Assembly: GCA_963713825.1 (NCBI GenBank)
Contig: CAVQNG010000025.1
Coordinates: 800,001-864,000, forward strand
Origin: an uncultured Acidobacteriota bacterium
Lineage (GTDB): Bacteria > Acidobacteriota > Thermoanaerobaculia > Multivoradales > JAHEKO01
Reading direction: 5' to 3'
DNA: 64,000 nucleotides
Shown here: piece by piece, positions 63,554 to 64,000 of the stretch
Layout of the letters: each line of letters begins with the position of its first letter
Numbering within the stretch: position 1 is the first letter of the stretch
Notes under the pieces: generated by a model
What the model was told of the DNA's origin: nothing
What the model saw: only the letters and a program-made list of their open reading frames with translations
Database searches by the model: none
Program-made: the position numbers and the translations under genes

Positions 63554-64000
63554 TCAACGGTCCAAGTGGGGGGCGGGCACGAGGGGAACTCCCAGCTCCT
63601 CGATCCGAGAGTAGCCGGCCTGGGCGAGGGCCTCGAGGAGCTGCTCGATGTGCTGTCGGTTCTTGACCTCCAGGGTGAGCTCGACGTCGACCTGCCAGAA
63701 GGCTGTTTCGGTAAAGACGCGATTGTGGAGAATGTGGAGGACGTTGGCTTCTCGTTCGGCGACGACGGCCAGCATCCGCGCCAACCCCCCTGGACGGTCC
63801 TTGACCGTGATTCCCAGCCTTACGAGTCGATGCTGCTTGAGCAACGAGCGCTCGATAATCCGCCCGAGGATGTTGAGATCGATATTGGCGCCGCAGAGAA
63901 TGACCACCACCTTCTTGCCGGCGAGCTGGGGAAATCTCCCATTGCGAATGGCGCAGTAGCCAGCCGCGCCTGCTCCCTCGGCCAGGCTCTTGCCGGTCTC
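63554..64000 (-). CDS. ilvA: Threonine ammonia-lyase, C-terminal part with ACT domain (5' end outside the window)
   Basis: Frame open to the window edge: KSLAEGAGAAG...KKVVVILCGANID, followed by ACT motif DRPGGLA...ANVLHI. Confidence 0.85.
   Translation of the reverse strand, partial: ETGKSLAEGAGAAGYCAIRNGRFPQLAGKKVVVILCGANIDLNILGRIIERSLLKQHRLVRLGITVKDRPGGLARMLAVVAEREANVLHILHNRVFTETAFWQVDVELTLEVKNRQHIEQLLEALAQAGYSRIEELGVPLVPAPHLDR

Overview
This is a GC-rich, gene-dense bacterial chromosomal segment with about 50 CDS. Gene content suggests a diderm heterotroph, possibly Acidobacteriota, but that is inference. Housekeeping and metabolic genes include hemW (partial), lepA, a bacilliredoxin cluster, pruA, a complete his operon, an AttEFGH-like ABC system, purE, cstA, selD, addAB, glgA, a fused E1 2-oxoacid dehydrogenase, a two-gene 2-oxoacid:ferredoxin oxidoreductase, sufT and a partial threonine ammonia-lyase. 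I saw no tRNA, rRNA, CRISPR array, transposase or prophage. Highlights: (1) an intact phosphoacceptor receiver domain fused to a catalytically intact LpxC, apparently coupled to glgA through a CTG start; (2) a His-codon leader peptide with attenuator hairpins ahead of a his operon carrying HisC-HAD and HisA-HisI-HisE fusions; (3) a selenocysteine-containing SelD (in-frame UGA plus SECIS-like hairpin) that the ORF track truncates; (4) two related palindrome-rich, G-tract-rich intergenic elements that share a 71-bp identical core, each between convergent genes. All calls come from reading motifs by eye; no database searches or folding programs were run.
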